Source: an uncultured archaeon (GTDB taxonomy: Archaea; Aenigmatarchaeota; Aenigmatarchaeia; QMZP01; JAFGSV01). From it: a stretch of DNA of 32,000 bases. Below are positions 14,403-22,779 of this stretch, piece after piece. The stretch's first letter is position 1. Each line of letters starts with the position of its first letter. Location of the stretch: assembly GCA_964616715.1 (NCBI GenBank), contig CAZTRL010000004.1, positions 1 through 32,000 on the forward strand. The letters are read 5' to 3'. Under the pieces are notes generated by a model. That model was given only the letters and a program-made list of their open reading frames with translations, had not been told where the DNA came from and did no database searches. The position numbers and the translations under genes were made by a program.

Positions 14403-15320
14403 ATGCCGATAAAGATACTTGACGGCCTGCCGGCGATGGACATCCTCGCGCGGGAGAACATCTTCGTCATGGGGGAGGACCGGGCGCTCCACCAGGACAT
14501 AAGGCCGCTAAGGATAGCAGTCCTCAACATCATGCCAACCAAGATAGAGACGGAGACTCAGATACTGCGACTCCTTGGGAACTCGCCGCTCCAGGTGGAG
14601 GTCGTGCTCTTCCACCCGGCAAGCCACACGCCTAAGAACACCCCGGCGGAGCACATGTCGAAGTTCTACAGGACATTCCATGACATCCGCAGCGAGAAGT
14701 TCGACGGCCTCGTGATCACCGGAGCGCCCGTGGAGCACATGCCTTTCGAGGAGGTGGAGTACTGGGACGAGCTTACGGCGATAATGGACTGGAGCGTGCA
14801 CAACGTCTATTCGACGCTCTTCATATGCTGGGGAGCGCAGGCTGGCCTCTACCACTTCTACGGCATCGGGAAGCACCCCACCGGAGAGAAAATCTCCGGA
14901 GTCTTCCCGCACACGGTCTCAAGGAAGCACGTCAAGCTCCTCAGGGGCTTTGACGACGTCTTCTGGGCGCCCCACTCCAGGAACACGTGCATAAAAAGGG
15001 AGGAAGTCGAGAACGCCGGGGGAATCGAGATACTCGCCGAGTCCGGCGAGGCCGGAGTATACATAGTCGCTTCTAAGGACGGAAGGCAGGTATTCGTGAC
15101 CGGCCACTCGGAGTACGACCCGCTGACGCTGAAGGCCGAGTACGAGAGGGACACGACGAAGGGGCTGAAGGTCCCCGTCCCTGCGAACTACTTCCCCCGG
15201 GACGACCCGAAGAGGAAGCCCGTGGTGAGATGGAGGAGCCATGCGAACCTCCTGTTCTCCAACTGGCTCAACTACTACGTCTATCAGGAAACGCCATACG
15301 ACTTCAAGAAGATAGCCTGA
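14403..15320 (+). CDS. metA: Homoserine O-acyl(succinyl/acetyl)transferase MetA
   Basis: Collinear similarity to bacterial MetA as I remember it: [11 protein letters not shown]...ENIFVM...[33 protein letters not shown](V)[15 protein letters not shown] (catalytic Cys), GFDD.F.APHSR, FVTGH.EYD and [13 protein letters not shown]. An AAGGTGA SD lies upstream. Confidence 0.92.
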   Translation: MPIKILDGLPAMDILARENIFVMGEDRALHQDIRPLRIAVLNIMPTKIETETQILRLLGNSPLQVEVVLFHPASHTPKNTPAEHMSKFYRTFHDIRSEKFDGLVITGAPVEHMPFEEVEYWDELTAIMDWSVHNVYSTLFICWGAQAGLYHFYGIGKHPTGEKISGVFPHTVSRKHVKLLRGFDDVFWAPHSRNTCIKREEVENAGGIEILAESGEAGVYIVASKDGRQVFVTGHSEYDPLTLKAEYERDTTKGLKVPVPANYFPRDDPKRKPVVRWRSHANLLFSNWLNYYVYQETPYDFKKIA

Positions 15321-15343
15321 ACAGGAGCGGCATCTTTGCGACC

Positions 15344-17374
15344 TCACGGCCTCTGGACGTAACCCGGATTGGGCTCGAAAAGGACACCGTCCCTCTTGAG
15401 CCTTTCCACTATGTCCTCGACCTCGGAGGACTCTATGCCGTCCTTTGCGGCCATCTCCTTGAGCTTTATGACGGGGACTATGTCCTTCTTATCGCCCGAG
15501 AGGACGTCTATCATGTTGAGTATCCTCGTTATCTTGGACCTCTCGCTGAACGACGTCGCGCCCTCGCTCTTGTCTATGTCTATCTCGCCGGTCTCGGTGT
15601 CGTAGCCGAGGTCCCTCAGGGAATCCTTCATGAGCCTTATGGCCCTGTTGGCATCATCCTTGGTTATCGCGTTGGAAAGCCTGACCTTCGCCGAGGCCTC
15701 GGCGAGCCTTAGAAGCCCTTCGAACTGCCTAAGGGTTATAGGAACGGGACCGCCGCCCTCCGCCTTGGACCTCGTCTTGACGTAGAAGTTCTTGAGGAGC
15801 TTGGAGACCTCGGGCGTCATCTGCGGCTGGAACTTCTCCTTCGCGTAGGCTATGTACTTCCTGACCATCTCCGGCACTATCGCGGGCTCTATCTTGTCTG
15901 ACTCGTGCCTGCTCTTCAGAACGTGCTCGACTATCTTCCTGTCCCTCTTGGCTTCCGGGACGTCCCTCAGAGTGAACTTGAGGTCGAACCTGGAGAGGAG
16001 GGTCGGCGGTATGTCTATCTGCTCGCTTATGTTCCTCATGGGGTCGAACCTCGAGAACTTCGGGTTGCCGCCGGCAAGGACGGACGTCCTGGCCGGAAGG
16101 GTCGCAACGATGCTCGCCTTCGCTATGGATATGCTCCCCTGCTCGAGGGCCTCGTGCATGGCGACCTGGTCCTCCTGGCTCATCTTCTCGAACTCGTCTA
16201 TCGACAGGAGCCCCTTGTTCGTGAGGACAAGGGCGCCGGCCTCGAGGACCCACCCGCCCATGAACTGCTCGTCCTTTGTGACCGTCGCCGTCAGGCCTGC
16301 GCCGGTGACGCCCTTCCCCGACACGTACCGCCCCCTCGGGACTATCTCCGGCACGAGCTTGAGCAGCTGGGACTTTCCGGCAGACGGGTCGCCGATCACC
16401 AGTATGTGTATGTCCCCCCTGAACTTGGTGCCGTCCGGAAGCGTCCTCTGGACGCCGCCGAAGAGCTGGAGTATTATCGATTCCTTTATGTTCCTGAGAC
16501 CGAATAGCGACGGCGCCAGCGAGTCTATGAGCTTCTCGTATATCTCGGGATCGCTCCCGAACTTCTTTATCTGCTCCTCGTCGCTCTTGCTTATCTTGAG
16601 CTTGGCCCACGTCGTCTCCGTGGGCTCCACCATGTTGGCGTCCAGATAGAAGTCCAGCTTCACCGTGCCCATCTTCCCCTTGGGGATCTCGCGAAGGACG
16701 CCCACTATCTTCAGCCTGTTCCCCGGGTCCGACATCCTCCGGCCGTCCGGCGACACAAGGTCATCTGAGAGCCAGACGTTGACCTGCGAGGGCTTCTCGC
16801 CCTCAGTGAGCTCGAACGGCTCCTCTATCGTGAGCCACCTCGTGTCTATCATCACCTTGCTGTGCTCGACGAACGCCTTCCCGTCGCACGACCTGCCGTC
16901 GACGTTGTTGCCGCACCTGAATGGCTTGTTGACGAACGTGCCCTTGACCGGGTGGCCTACAACGGCGTCGCACTCAAGGCACTTCCAGTTCACCGCCACT
17001 ATCTCGGGCCGTATCTCCGACGCCCTACGGACGATGCCCTCCACCATGATGAGCCTTCCTATGTGCTTGGACCTGAGGTCCCTGATGCTCACCGTGCTCG
17101 TCTCCGGCACGTTGCCGAACCTTATCCTCACCTTCCTCGGAAGGTCTATGCTGCCAACGGCGGACTCGGCGACCTTCATGAAGTGGTCGGGCTTCTCGAG
17201 AAGCATCTGGGAAAGCTCCGGATAGCGCTTGTCCAGCCTGCCGAAATCTACCCTTAGCGAGCTCTCCTCCTCAGCCGCCTTGTAGAGATCCTGGCTGTAG
17301 TCGTCCGTGAGGAAGAGCCTGAACTTGTCAACGGCCTCGGTGCTCACTTCCTCGCGCTCGTCATATCCAGACAT
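15344..17374 (-). CDS. mcm: MCM replicative helicase
   Basis: Zn motif CLEC...CGNNVDGRSC, Walker A GDPSAGKSQLLK, Walker B LLSIDEFEKM, sensor/arginine finger LLSRFDL, and a C-terminal winged-helix-like tail. The ATG at 17374 (MSGYDEREE) lies 25 nt downstream of a TATA box. The track's 31-aa upstream extension would cover that promoter. Confidence 0.97.
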   Translation of the reverse strand: MSGYDEREEVSTEAVDKFRLFLTDDYSQDLYKAAEEESSLRVDFGRLDKRYPELSQMLLEKPDHFMKVAESAVGSIDLPRKVRIRFGNVPETSTVSIRDLRSKHIGRLIMVEGIVRRASEIRPEIVAVNWKCLECDAVVGHPVKGTFVNKPFRCGNNVDGRSCDGKAFVEHSKVMIDTRWLTIEEPFELTEGEKPSQVNVWLSDDLVSPDGRRMSDPGNRLKIVGVLREIPKGKMGTVKLDFYLDANMVEPTETTWAKLKISKSDEEQIKKFGSDPEIYEKLIDSLAPSLFGLRNIKESIILQLFGGVQRTLPDGTKFRGDIHILVIGDPSAGKSQLLKLVPEIVPRGRYVSGKGVTGAGLTATVTKDEQFMGGWVLEAGALVLTNKGLLSIDEFEKMSQEDQVAMHEALEQGSISIAKASIVATLPARTSVLAGGNPKFSRFDPMRNISEQIDIPPTLLSRFDLKFTLRDVPEAKRDRKIVEHVLKSRHESDKIEPAIVPEMVRKYIAYAKEKFQPQMTPEVSKLLKNFYVKTRSKAEGGGPVPITLRQFEGLLRLAEASAKVRLSNAITKDDANRAIRLMKDSLRDLGYDTETGEIDIDKSEGATSFSERSKITRILNMIDVLSGDKKDIVPVIKLKEMAAKDGIESSEVEDIVERLKRDGVLFEPNPGYVQRP

Positions 17375-17398
17375 AGGATTTAGAAATTGTGAGTCCGG

Positions 17399-17407
17399 TT
17401 TTAAAAA
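17399..17407 (-). promoter_or_regulatory. TATA box of mcm
   Basis: The minus strand reads TTTTTAAAA, ending 25 nt upstream of the ATG at 17374 (leaderless-type spacing). Confidence 0.55.
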
Positions 17408-17498
17408 CTTTAATCCGCCGCGAGCCCGGAGGGATGTGAAACGGCATGCGGGGACGGCAGGCAACATTAATTAGAGAGGAGCCACTCATAAGTTTAAG

Positions 17499-18440
17499 AT
17501 GAAAGGCCTGACGCTTGCGATAATCTCCATGGCGTTCCTGAGCCTCTATGCGATATTCGCCAAGGTGCTCCTCGAGAGCGTGAGTCCTCTGCTCATACTC
17601 ATGGTCGTCCAGGCGCTGGCCGGGACCATACTGCTGGGTGTCCTTAACGTATTCAGGAAGCTGGTCGAGCTCAGGGTCAGGCGAAGGGAACTCGCCATCA
17701 TATTCGTCATATCACTCATCTCATCGGTCACGGCCCCCCTGCTACTTCTGGGAGGGCTCAGCATGACCAGCGTCGCCGACACCGTCCTCATATCGAGGGT
17801 TGAGGCCATAGCCATGTCGATCTTCGCCGTCGCTTTCCTCGGCGAGCGGATGACCCGCCACCAAGTCGCGGGGACGGCGGTGATGTTCGCAGGTGTCGCC
17901 TTCCTGGCCACCAACGGCCTGCAGCAGCTCTCGGACCCGAACGCCGGCGACATCCTCGTCCTCCTCTCTGCAGTGTGCTACGCCGCTGGCAACACGTTCT
18001 TCAAGAGGTTCCTCGGCCATCTGCGCCCTGAGGTCATCGTGACCATGAGGAACATCTCCGGGGCGCTCATGCTCCTCACCATCTCGGCGGCGCTGGTGAG
18101 CCCGACTGACCTCTTCGCTGTCACGGGGCCGCTCTCGTGGGAGTTCGCCGCCGCGCTCCTGGGCCTTGTGGTCCTCGTCACCATAACCGGCCAGTACCTA
18201 TGGTACAAGGCGCTGGAGCTGACAACCGCTACCAGGGTCTCGCTGTCCATACTCCTCTCACCGCTGCTTGGCGTGTTCTACGCCGTGACGCTCCTCGGGG
18301 AAACCATCACGGCAACCCAGGCAGTCGGAGGGGTCCTCATAATGCTCGGCCTCGCGACCATGGAGCTCCACCTGAGGCAGGTCAAGGGACCTCTCATGCG
18401 CAAGTTCCACTTGGGCCTGCGGCACATGCACAGCGCATGA
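17499..18440 (+). CDS. EamA/DMT-superfamily transporter
   Basis: About ten hydrophobic segments in two similar halves, in typical EamA style (FAKVLLESVSP..., NTFFKRFLGHLRP..., YKALELTTATRVSLSILLSPLLGV...). Confidence 0.85.
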   Translation: MKGLTLAIISMAFLSLYAIFAKVLLESVSPLLILMVVQALAGTILLGVLNVFRKLVELRVRRRELAIIFVISLISSVTAPLLLLGGLSMTSVADTVLISRVEAIAMSIFAVAFLGERMTRHQVAGTAVMFAGVAFLATNGLQQLSDPNAGDILVLLSAVCYAAGNTFFKRFLGHLRPEVIVTMRNISGALMLLTISAALVSPTDLFAVTGPLSWEFAAALLGLVVLVTITGQYLWYKALELTTATRVSLSILLSPLLGVFYAVTLLGETITATQAVGGVLIMLGLATMELHLRQVKGPLMRKFHLGLRHMHSA

Positions 18441-18480
18441 GACGGCAAAGGCTTAATACTACGAGGGACATAGATTTACT

Positions 18481-19398
18481 ATGAGCGCAGACCTCTCAGT
18501 CCGGCTTTGCGGAATCAGCATGAAGAACCCCCTAATACTCGCCTCCGGGATACTCGGTGTCACCAGGGACTCGCTCCGGAACATCGCGAAAAACGGAGCC
18601 GGGGCAGTGACCATGAAGTCCGTCAGCCTGGAGCCCAGGGAGGGGCACAAGCCCCCGATAATACTCACCGAGGGCGACGTCATGATAAATGCTGTCGGCT
18701 ACTCGAACCCGGGCCTCGAGGAGTCAATCAAGGAGTTCTCGGATCTCTCCGATGTCGGCGTCCCTGTGTTTGCGAGCATAATAGGGGGGAACGCCGGGGA
18801 GTTCTCACAGATGGCGAGGGGGCTCCTTCCGGGGGAGTTCTCCGCGGTGGAGATACCCCTCTCATGCCCGCACACGCCAGGATACGGGATGCTCGCCGGT
18901 CAGGGGACGCCGGAGGCGACGATGGAGATAACGAAAGCCGTGAGGAGGGAGACCAAGCTCCCGCTCATAGTCAAGCTCTCGCCGTCCATCCAGGCGCTAG
19001 GCGACGTGGCGAAGGCCGCCGAGAAGGCGGGCGCCGACGCTATAAACATGGGAAACACCGCGGGCCCGGGGATGTTCATAGACTCCAGGGCAAGGAGCCC
19101 GGTCCTGGACTTCAGGTTCGGGGGGCTGTCGGGGCCGGCCATGAAGCCCATAGCGCTCAGGTGCGTCTACGACGTCTCAGAGGCGGTGAAGATACCAGTC
19201 ATAGGGACCGGAGGGGTGACCACCGGAACGGACGCCGCCGAGATGCTGATGGCCGGGGCGTCGGCCATAGGCGTGGGCTCGGCCGTCCACTACAGGGGGA
19301 TAGACGCCTTCAGGAAGATTGCTGGAGAGCTTTCGGCCTTCATGGAGGAGGAGGGCTACTCTAAGATAGCGGACATGGTCGGTGCGGCGCATGGTTAA
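18481..19398 (+). CDS. pyrD: Dihydroorotate dehydrogenase, catalytic subunit (class 1B)
   Basis: GISMKNPLILASG, INAVGYSNPGLE, the active-site block EIPLSCPHTPG, NMGNT, GGLSGPAMKPIALR and IGTGGV. Confidence 0.93.
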   Translation: MSADLSVRLCGISMKNPLILASGILGVTRDSLRNIAKNGAGAVTMKSVSLEPREGHKPPIILTEGDVMINAVGYSNPGLEESIKEFSDLSDVGVPVFASIIGGNAGEFSQMARGLLPGEFSAVEIPLSCPHTPGYGMLAGQGTPEATMEITKAVRRETKLPLIVKLSPSIQALGDVAKAAEKAGADAINMGNTAGPGMFIDSRARSPVLDFRFGGLSGPAMKPIALRCVYDVSEAVKIPVIGTGGVTTGTDAAEMLMAGASAIGVGSAVHYRGIDAFRKIAGELSAFMEEEGYSKIADMVGAAHG

Positions 19399-20020
19399 GG
19401 CATTCATATTCGACTGGAGCGGAGTGATAAGCGACGACTTCAGCGTCATATTCAAGGTGACATCGTCGGTCATGAGGAAGCTCGGGATAAGGAAGCTCAC
19501 CGCGTCCGAGTTCAGGGAGAAGTTCGACCCGACATACATGGACATGTACAGGTCCCTCGGGGTCCTGGCCGGAATGGACGAGATCGGCCGGCTGTTCTCA
19601 GAGGAGTTCAGCAGGAGCAGACAGAGGCCGAAGGCGTTCCCGTTCGCCAAGGGCGCGCTTTCCGCCATAAAGAAAAGAAAGATTCCCTGCGCGGTCCTCA
19701 GCGCGCATCCGACGGAGTTCCTCGAAAAGGAGATAAAGGACTATGGCCTCGAGAGGATGTTCAGCGTCGTCGTCGGAAGCGCAAGCGACAAGGCAGAGCA
19801 CATAGAGCGTGTGATAGAGGGGCTCGGCGCGCCGAGGGACGAGATAGTGTACGTCGGCGACATGACCCACGACATAGAGACGGGGAACTCAGCGGGCGTC
19901 ATGACCGCGGCCGTGCTCTCCGGCTACCACACGAGGGAGCAGCTAGAGGACAAGGGACCCAACTTCATAATGAAGGACATAAGGGACATAAAGTTCATAC
20001 TGGAGGGGATATGCGCATGA
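19391..20020 (+). CDS. HAD-superfamily hydrolase (phosphatase-like)
   Basis: Motif I is FIFDWSGVISDD (D-x-S instead of D-x-D), motif II is AVLSAHP, and motifs III/IV are K...YVGDMTHDIETGNSAG. ATG 19391 overlaps the pyrD stop by 8 nt, and the gene's stop overlaps the pyrK start. Confidence 0.85.
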   Translation: MVKAFIFDWSGVISDDFSVIFKVTSSVMRKLGIRKLTASEFREKFDPTYMDMYRSLGVLAGMDEIGRLFSEEFSRSRQRPKAFPFAKGALSAIKKRKIPCAVLSAHPTEFLEKEIKDYGLERMFSVVVGSASDKAEHIERVIEGLGAPRDEIVYVGDMTHDIETGNSAGVMTAAVLSGYHTREQLEDKGPNFIMKDIRDIKFILEGICA

Positions 20021-20820
20021 ACGGTGACGTCTCGGAAAGGCCCGTGATGACGCGGATAGAAAGGATAGAGGAGGAGGCCAGGGACACCAGGAGCTTCTGG
20101 TTCTCCGGAAGCATGGGCGCCGTCCCCGGGCAGTTCGTCATGATGTGGATACCCGGAGCGGGCCAGAAGCCTTTCGGGATATCCTACCAGAGGAAGGGCA
20201 CGTTCGCGCTCACGGTCAGGAAGGTAGGCGACTTCACCGAGAAGCTGTTCTCCATGAAGGAGGGAGACAGGGTCGGCCTCCAGGGGCCATACGGCAACGG
20301 ATTCTCCTGCAAGGGCAAGAGGGTAGTGGCCGTCGGCGGGGGGTACGGGACCGCGCCCATAGCGTTCCTCGCGGACTGCATGTCCGGAAAGGGGAGCACG
20401 GTCTTCATGATAACGGGAGCGGCCACCGAGGAGTACCTGCTCTACAGGAAGCGGTTCGCCAGGGGAAAGGCGAAGGTCACGTACGCGACCGACGACGGCT
20501 CGTTCGGGCACAAGGGGTTCTGCACCGAGTGCCTCCTGGAGACCCTCTCCTCCCAGAAGATAGACATGGTCTACTGCTGCGGCCCCGAGGTCATGATGAA
20601 GAAGGTCCTTGACATATGCAGAGAGAAGGGCATCCCTGCCGAGATGTCGCTTGAGCGCTACATGAAGTGCGGCTTCGGGGTGTGCGGCTCCTGCTGCCTG
20701 GAAGGGACCGGCTGGAGGGTCTGCAGGGACGGGCCGGTCTTCACGTCGGAGCAGCTGTCAAAGGTCACGGGATTCGGCAGGGAGAAGAGGGACGCCGCCG
20801 GAAGGAGGGTGAACGTATGA
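20011..20820 (+). CDS. pyrK: Dihydroorotate dehydrogenase electron-transfer subunit (FAD, 2Fe-2S)
   Basis: FNR-like blocks (PGQFVMMW, RKGTFALTVRKVG, VAVGGGYGTAP) and the C-terminal CGFGVCGSCCL...WRVCRDGPVF. An alternative ATG lies at 20017. Confidence 0.9.
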   Translation: MRMNGDVSERPVMTRIERIEEEARDTRSFWFSGSMGAVPGQFVMMWIPGAGQKPFGISYQRKGTFALTVRKVGDFTEKLFSMKEGDRVGLQGPYGNGFSCKGKRVVAVGGGYGTAPIAFLADCMSGKGSTVFMITGAATEEYLLYRKRFARGKAKVTYATDDGSFGHKGFCTECLLETLSSQKIDMVYCCGPEVMMKKVLDICREKGIPAEMSLERYMKCGFGVCGSCCLEGTGWRVCRDGPVFTSEQLSKVTGFGREKRDAAGRRVNV

Positions 20821-22100
20821 GCCTCACGGTGGTCTTCGGCAAGACGGTGATTGCCTCTCCCTCGAAGGCCTATACCAACCTCTTCCTCGAGCTCCACGAC
20901 GGCAAGATATACAAGATGACCAACTTCAGCAGGAAGCCCGACATAACGGCGGACGTCATAATGCCGGGATTCATAGACCCTCACGTGCACTGCCGCGACT
21001 GGTCGCAGTCCGACAAGGAAACGATGAAGACGGCGGGGCAGGCGGCCGTCCACGGCGGGGTGACAAGGGTACACGACATGCCTAACACCGGACCCCCAAT
21101 ACTCACACAGGACGACGCGACGAAGAGGATAGAGGATGCGAAGAAGTCCGGCATCGCCGCCGAGTACGGCCTCTACGTGGGGCTCACCGCGAGCCCGGGG
21201 CAGGTCAGGCAGGCTGCAGAGGCTGTCTCCAAGTATCCCGAGGTGATGGGACTGAAGATGTACGCAGGGGAGAGCACCGGAAGCCTGGCGATAGAGGACC
21301 CGGACGACCAGATGCTGGTCTACAAAGCACTGGTTTCGGCGGGCTACAAGGGGGTCCTGATGGTGCACTGCGAGAAGGAGAGCATGTTCCGCAAGGGCGC
21401 GTGGAGCGTCAACAACCCGGAGACGTGGTGCGACATGAGGCCGCCGCAGGCCGAGACGGCCTCGGTGGAAGACCAGATGAGGATGGTCACCAAGTCCGGT
21501 TTCAAGGGGAGGCTTCACATATGCCACGCGAGCGTCCCCGAAACGGTGAAAATGGTCGCAGGGGCGCCGAGCACCCTTGGAGCGGGCTGCGGCGTCACGC
21601 CTCACCACCTCCTGTTCAGCAGGGACTCCATGAAGAGCAAGTCGAAGGGACTCTATCTCAAGGTCAACCCCCCGCTGCGAAGCGAGGAGGACAGGAGGGG
21701 GATGATGAGAGCGCTCTTCACGAAGAAGATAGACTGGCTGGAGACCGACCACGCGCCGCACACTGCAGGCCAGAAGCTCAACAGCCCGTTCGCTTCCGGC
21801 GTCCCGGGACTTGACAACTACGCAAACGCCGTCACTTCGCTCAACACCGACTACGGCATACCGTTCCCCGACCTCGCGGGGCTGACGTCGCTCAACGCGG
21901 CATCCGCCTTCCACCTCGGCGACATGACGCTGAAGGCGGGCAACAGGGCGAACCTGACGCTCATAGACATGAAGCCGGAGACGTTCCAGAGGAAGAGCGT
22001 GAGGAGCAAGTGCGGCTGGAGCCCCTACGAAGGGAGGGAGTTCCCCGGAAGGTGCAAGGCGACGATAGTCGGCGGAAACGTCGCGTACATGGAGAGATGA
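20817..22100 (+). CDS. pyrC: Dihydroorotase (amidohydrolase superfamily)
   Basis: PGFIDPHVHCRDW (HxH metal site), GLKMY, LMVHCE, HICHAS and LETDHAPH. ATGA overlap with the pyrK stop. The track's upstream extension lies inside pyrK. Confidence 0.9.
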   Translation: MSLTVVFGKTVIASPSKAYTNLFLELHDGKIYKMTNFSRKPDITADVIMPGFIDPHVHCRDWSQSDKETMKTAGQAAVHGGVTRVHDMPNTGPPILTQDDATKRIEDAKKSGIAAEYGLYVGLTASPGQVRQAAEAVSKYPEVMGLKMYAGESTGSLAIEDPDDQMLVYKALVSAGYKGVLMVHCEKESMFRKGAWSVNNPETWCDMRPPQAETASVEDQMRMVTKSGFKGRLHICHASVPETVKMVAGAPSTLGAGCGVTPHHLLFSRDSMKSKSKGLYLKVNPPLRSEEDRRGMMRALFTKKIDWLETDHAPHTAGQKLNSPFASGVPGLDNYANAVTSLNTDYGIPFPDLAGLTSLNAASAFHLGDMTLKAGNRANLTLIDMKPETFQRKSVRSKCGWSPYEGREFPGRCKATIVGGNVAYMER

Positions 22101-22131
22101 ACACCCTGCGCCTGACCGGGGGCATGGCAAC

Positions 22132-22140
22132 TTATAAAAA
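22132..22140 (+). promoter_or_regulatory. TATA box for tRNA-Val
   Basis: TTATAAAAA ends 24 nt before the first tRNA nucleotide (22165), which is the canonical archaeal spacing. Confidence 0.6.
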
Positions 22141-22164
22141 TACTTCAGCCATTATATAACCTAA

Positions 22165-22237
22165 GGGCCCGTGGTCTAGTGGCTATGACACCGCCTTGAC
22201 GTGGCGGGGATCGCAGGTTCAAATCCTGCCGGGCCCA
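22165..22237 (+). tRNA. tRNA-Val (anticodon GAC)
   Basis: Folded by hand. Acceptor GGGCCCG/CGGGCCC; D arm GTCTAGTGGCTATGAC; anticodon stem CCGCC/GGCGG with loop TTGACGT (GAC); variable GGATC; T arm GCAGG-TTCAAAT-CCTGC; discriminator A. No intron, and CCA is not encoded. Confidence 0.9.
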
Positions 22238-22239
22238 TC

Positions 22240-22701
22240 CTATTTGCCGTACAGCTTTCTCGTCAAATCGTCCTTCAGCACCACGCACGTTCTCCAACCA
22301 ACGATGTTAGCATCATTGCCGCCGACACTCTTGACTATCTTAATCGCATCCTTCATGGGATTTCCCTCTATTACACCCTTTGTCATCCTTTCCTTGCTGG
22401 AATACCAGTAGCTGAGCTCAACCATGTCATACTCTATGACCTTGCTACTGGATGAGAACTCGTTCATGCTGACCCTGTCGGAAAAATTGATTTTGTACGC
22501 CCCGAGGTTGCCGTTGTCCGGATTCTCGTAAACGAGGACATCGTCACGCTCGGATGTGAGGAATTCGCTTGGCACAGTGGAAACCATGCCTTTTGCGAAA
22601 TCGTTACCTTTCACGAGCCCTAGGTCGTCCCTGAGCCTTTCATATATCTTGCTCAACTTGGACCCGTCATCCACTATCTTGAATGTTGTGTAAATTATCA
22701 T
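22240..22701 (-). CDS. Hypothetical protein (153 aa), compositionally atypical ORFan
   Basis: ATG ORF with GTTTATAAAAC about 20-28 nt upstream. The stop lies 2 nt from the tRNA 3' end. GC is visibly lower than the flanks, and GAT/AAT/TAT/GTT codons are used more than in neighbouring genes. Confidence 0.55.
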   Translation of the reverse strand: MIIYTTFKIVDDGSKLSKIYERLRDDLGLVKGNDFAKGMVSTVPSEFLTSERDDVLVYENPDNGNLGAYKINFSDRVSMNEFSSSSKVIEYDMVELSYWYSSKERMTKGVIEGNPMKDAIKIVKSVGGNDANIVGWRTCVVLKDDLTRKLYGK

Positions 22702-22779
22702 TACATTGCATCCGGCTGAAGTTTTATAAACACTATTTCAACATTTAAATTCTGAGCAGGAAAAGCTTATAGTGATATC

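Noticed and set aside
15729-16649. Alternative-frame ORFs inside mcm (293 aa minus strand, 265 aa and 200 aa plus strand)
   Set aside because: They are embedded in the MCM AAA+ core, whose Walker A/B and arginine-finger motifs fix the real frame. The alternative translations are R/G/E- or S/L-rich low complexity.
17375-17467. N-terminal extensions offered by the ORF track (mcm to 17467, and likewise iscS to 13376, hydB from 5384, hydD from 7067, pyrC from 20667, rhomboid to 27941, S6e from 26105)
   Set aside because: Each extension either lies inside the upstream gene or covers the gene's own TATA/SD elements. In each case an internal ATG aligns with the conserved N-terminus of the family and forms a typical ATGA or short-gap junction.
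17375-17498. Possible replication origin in the spacer next to mcm
   Set aside because: It is only 124 bp with two promoter boxes. I saw no repeated ORB-like elements or extended A/T-rich unwinding region, and no orc1/cdc6 gene nearby.
20658-22130. 490-aa minus-strand ORF spanning the whole of pyrC
   Set aside because: It is antisense to a gene with clear amidohydrolase motifs (DPHVH, MVHCE, ETDHAPH). Its composition is R/V/P/L/H-rich, with no promoter or SD context. It is a shadow ORF.
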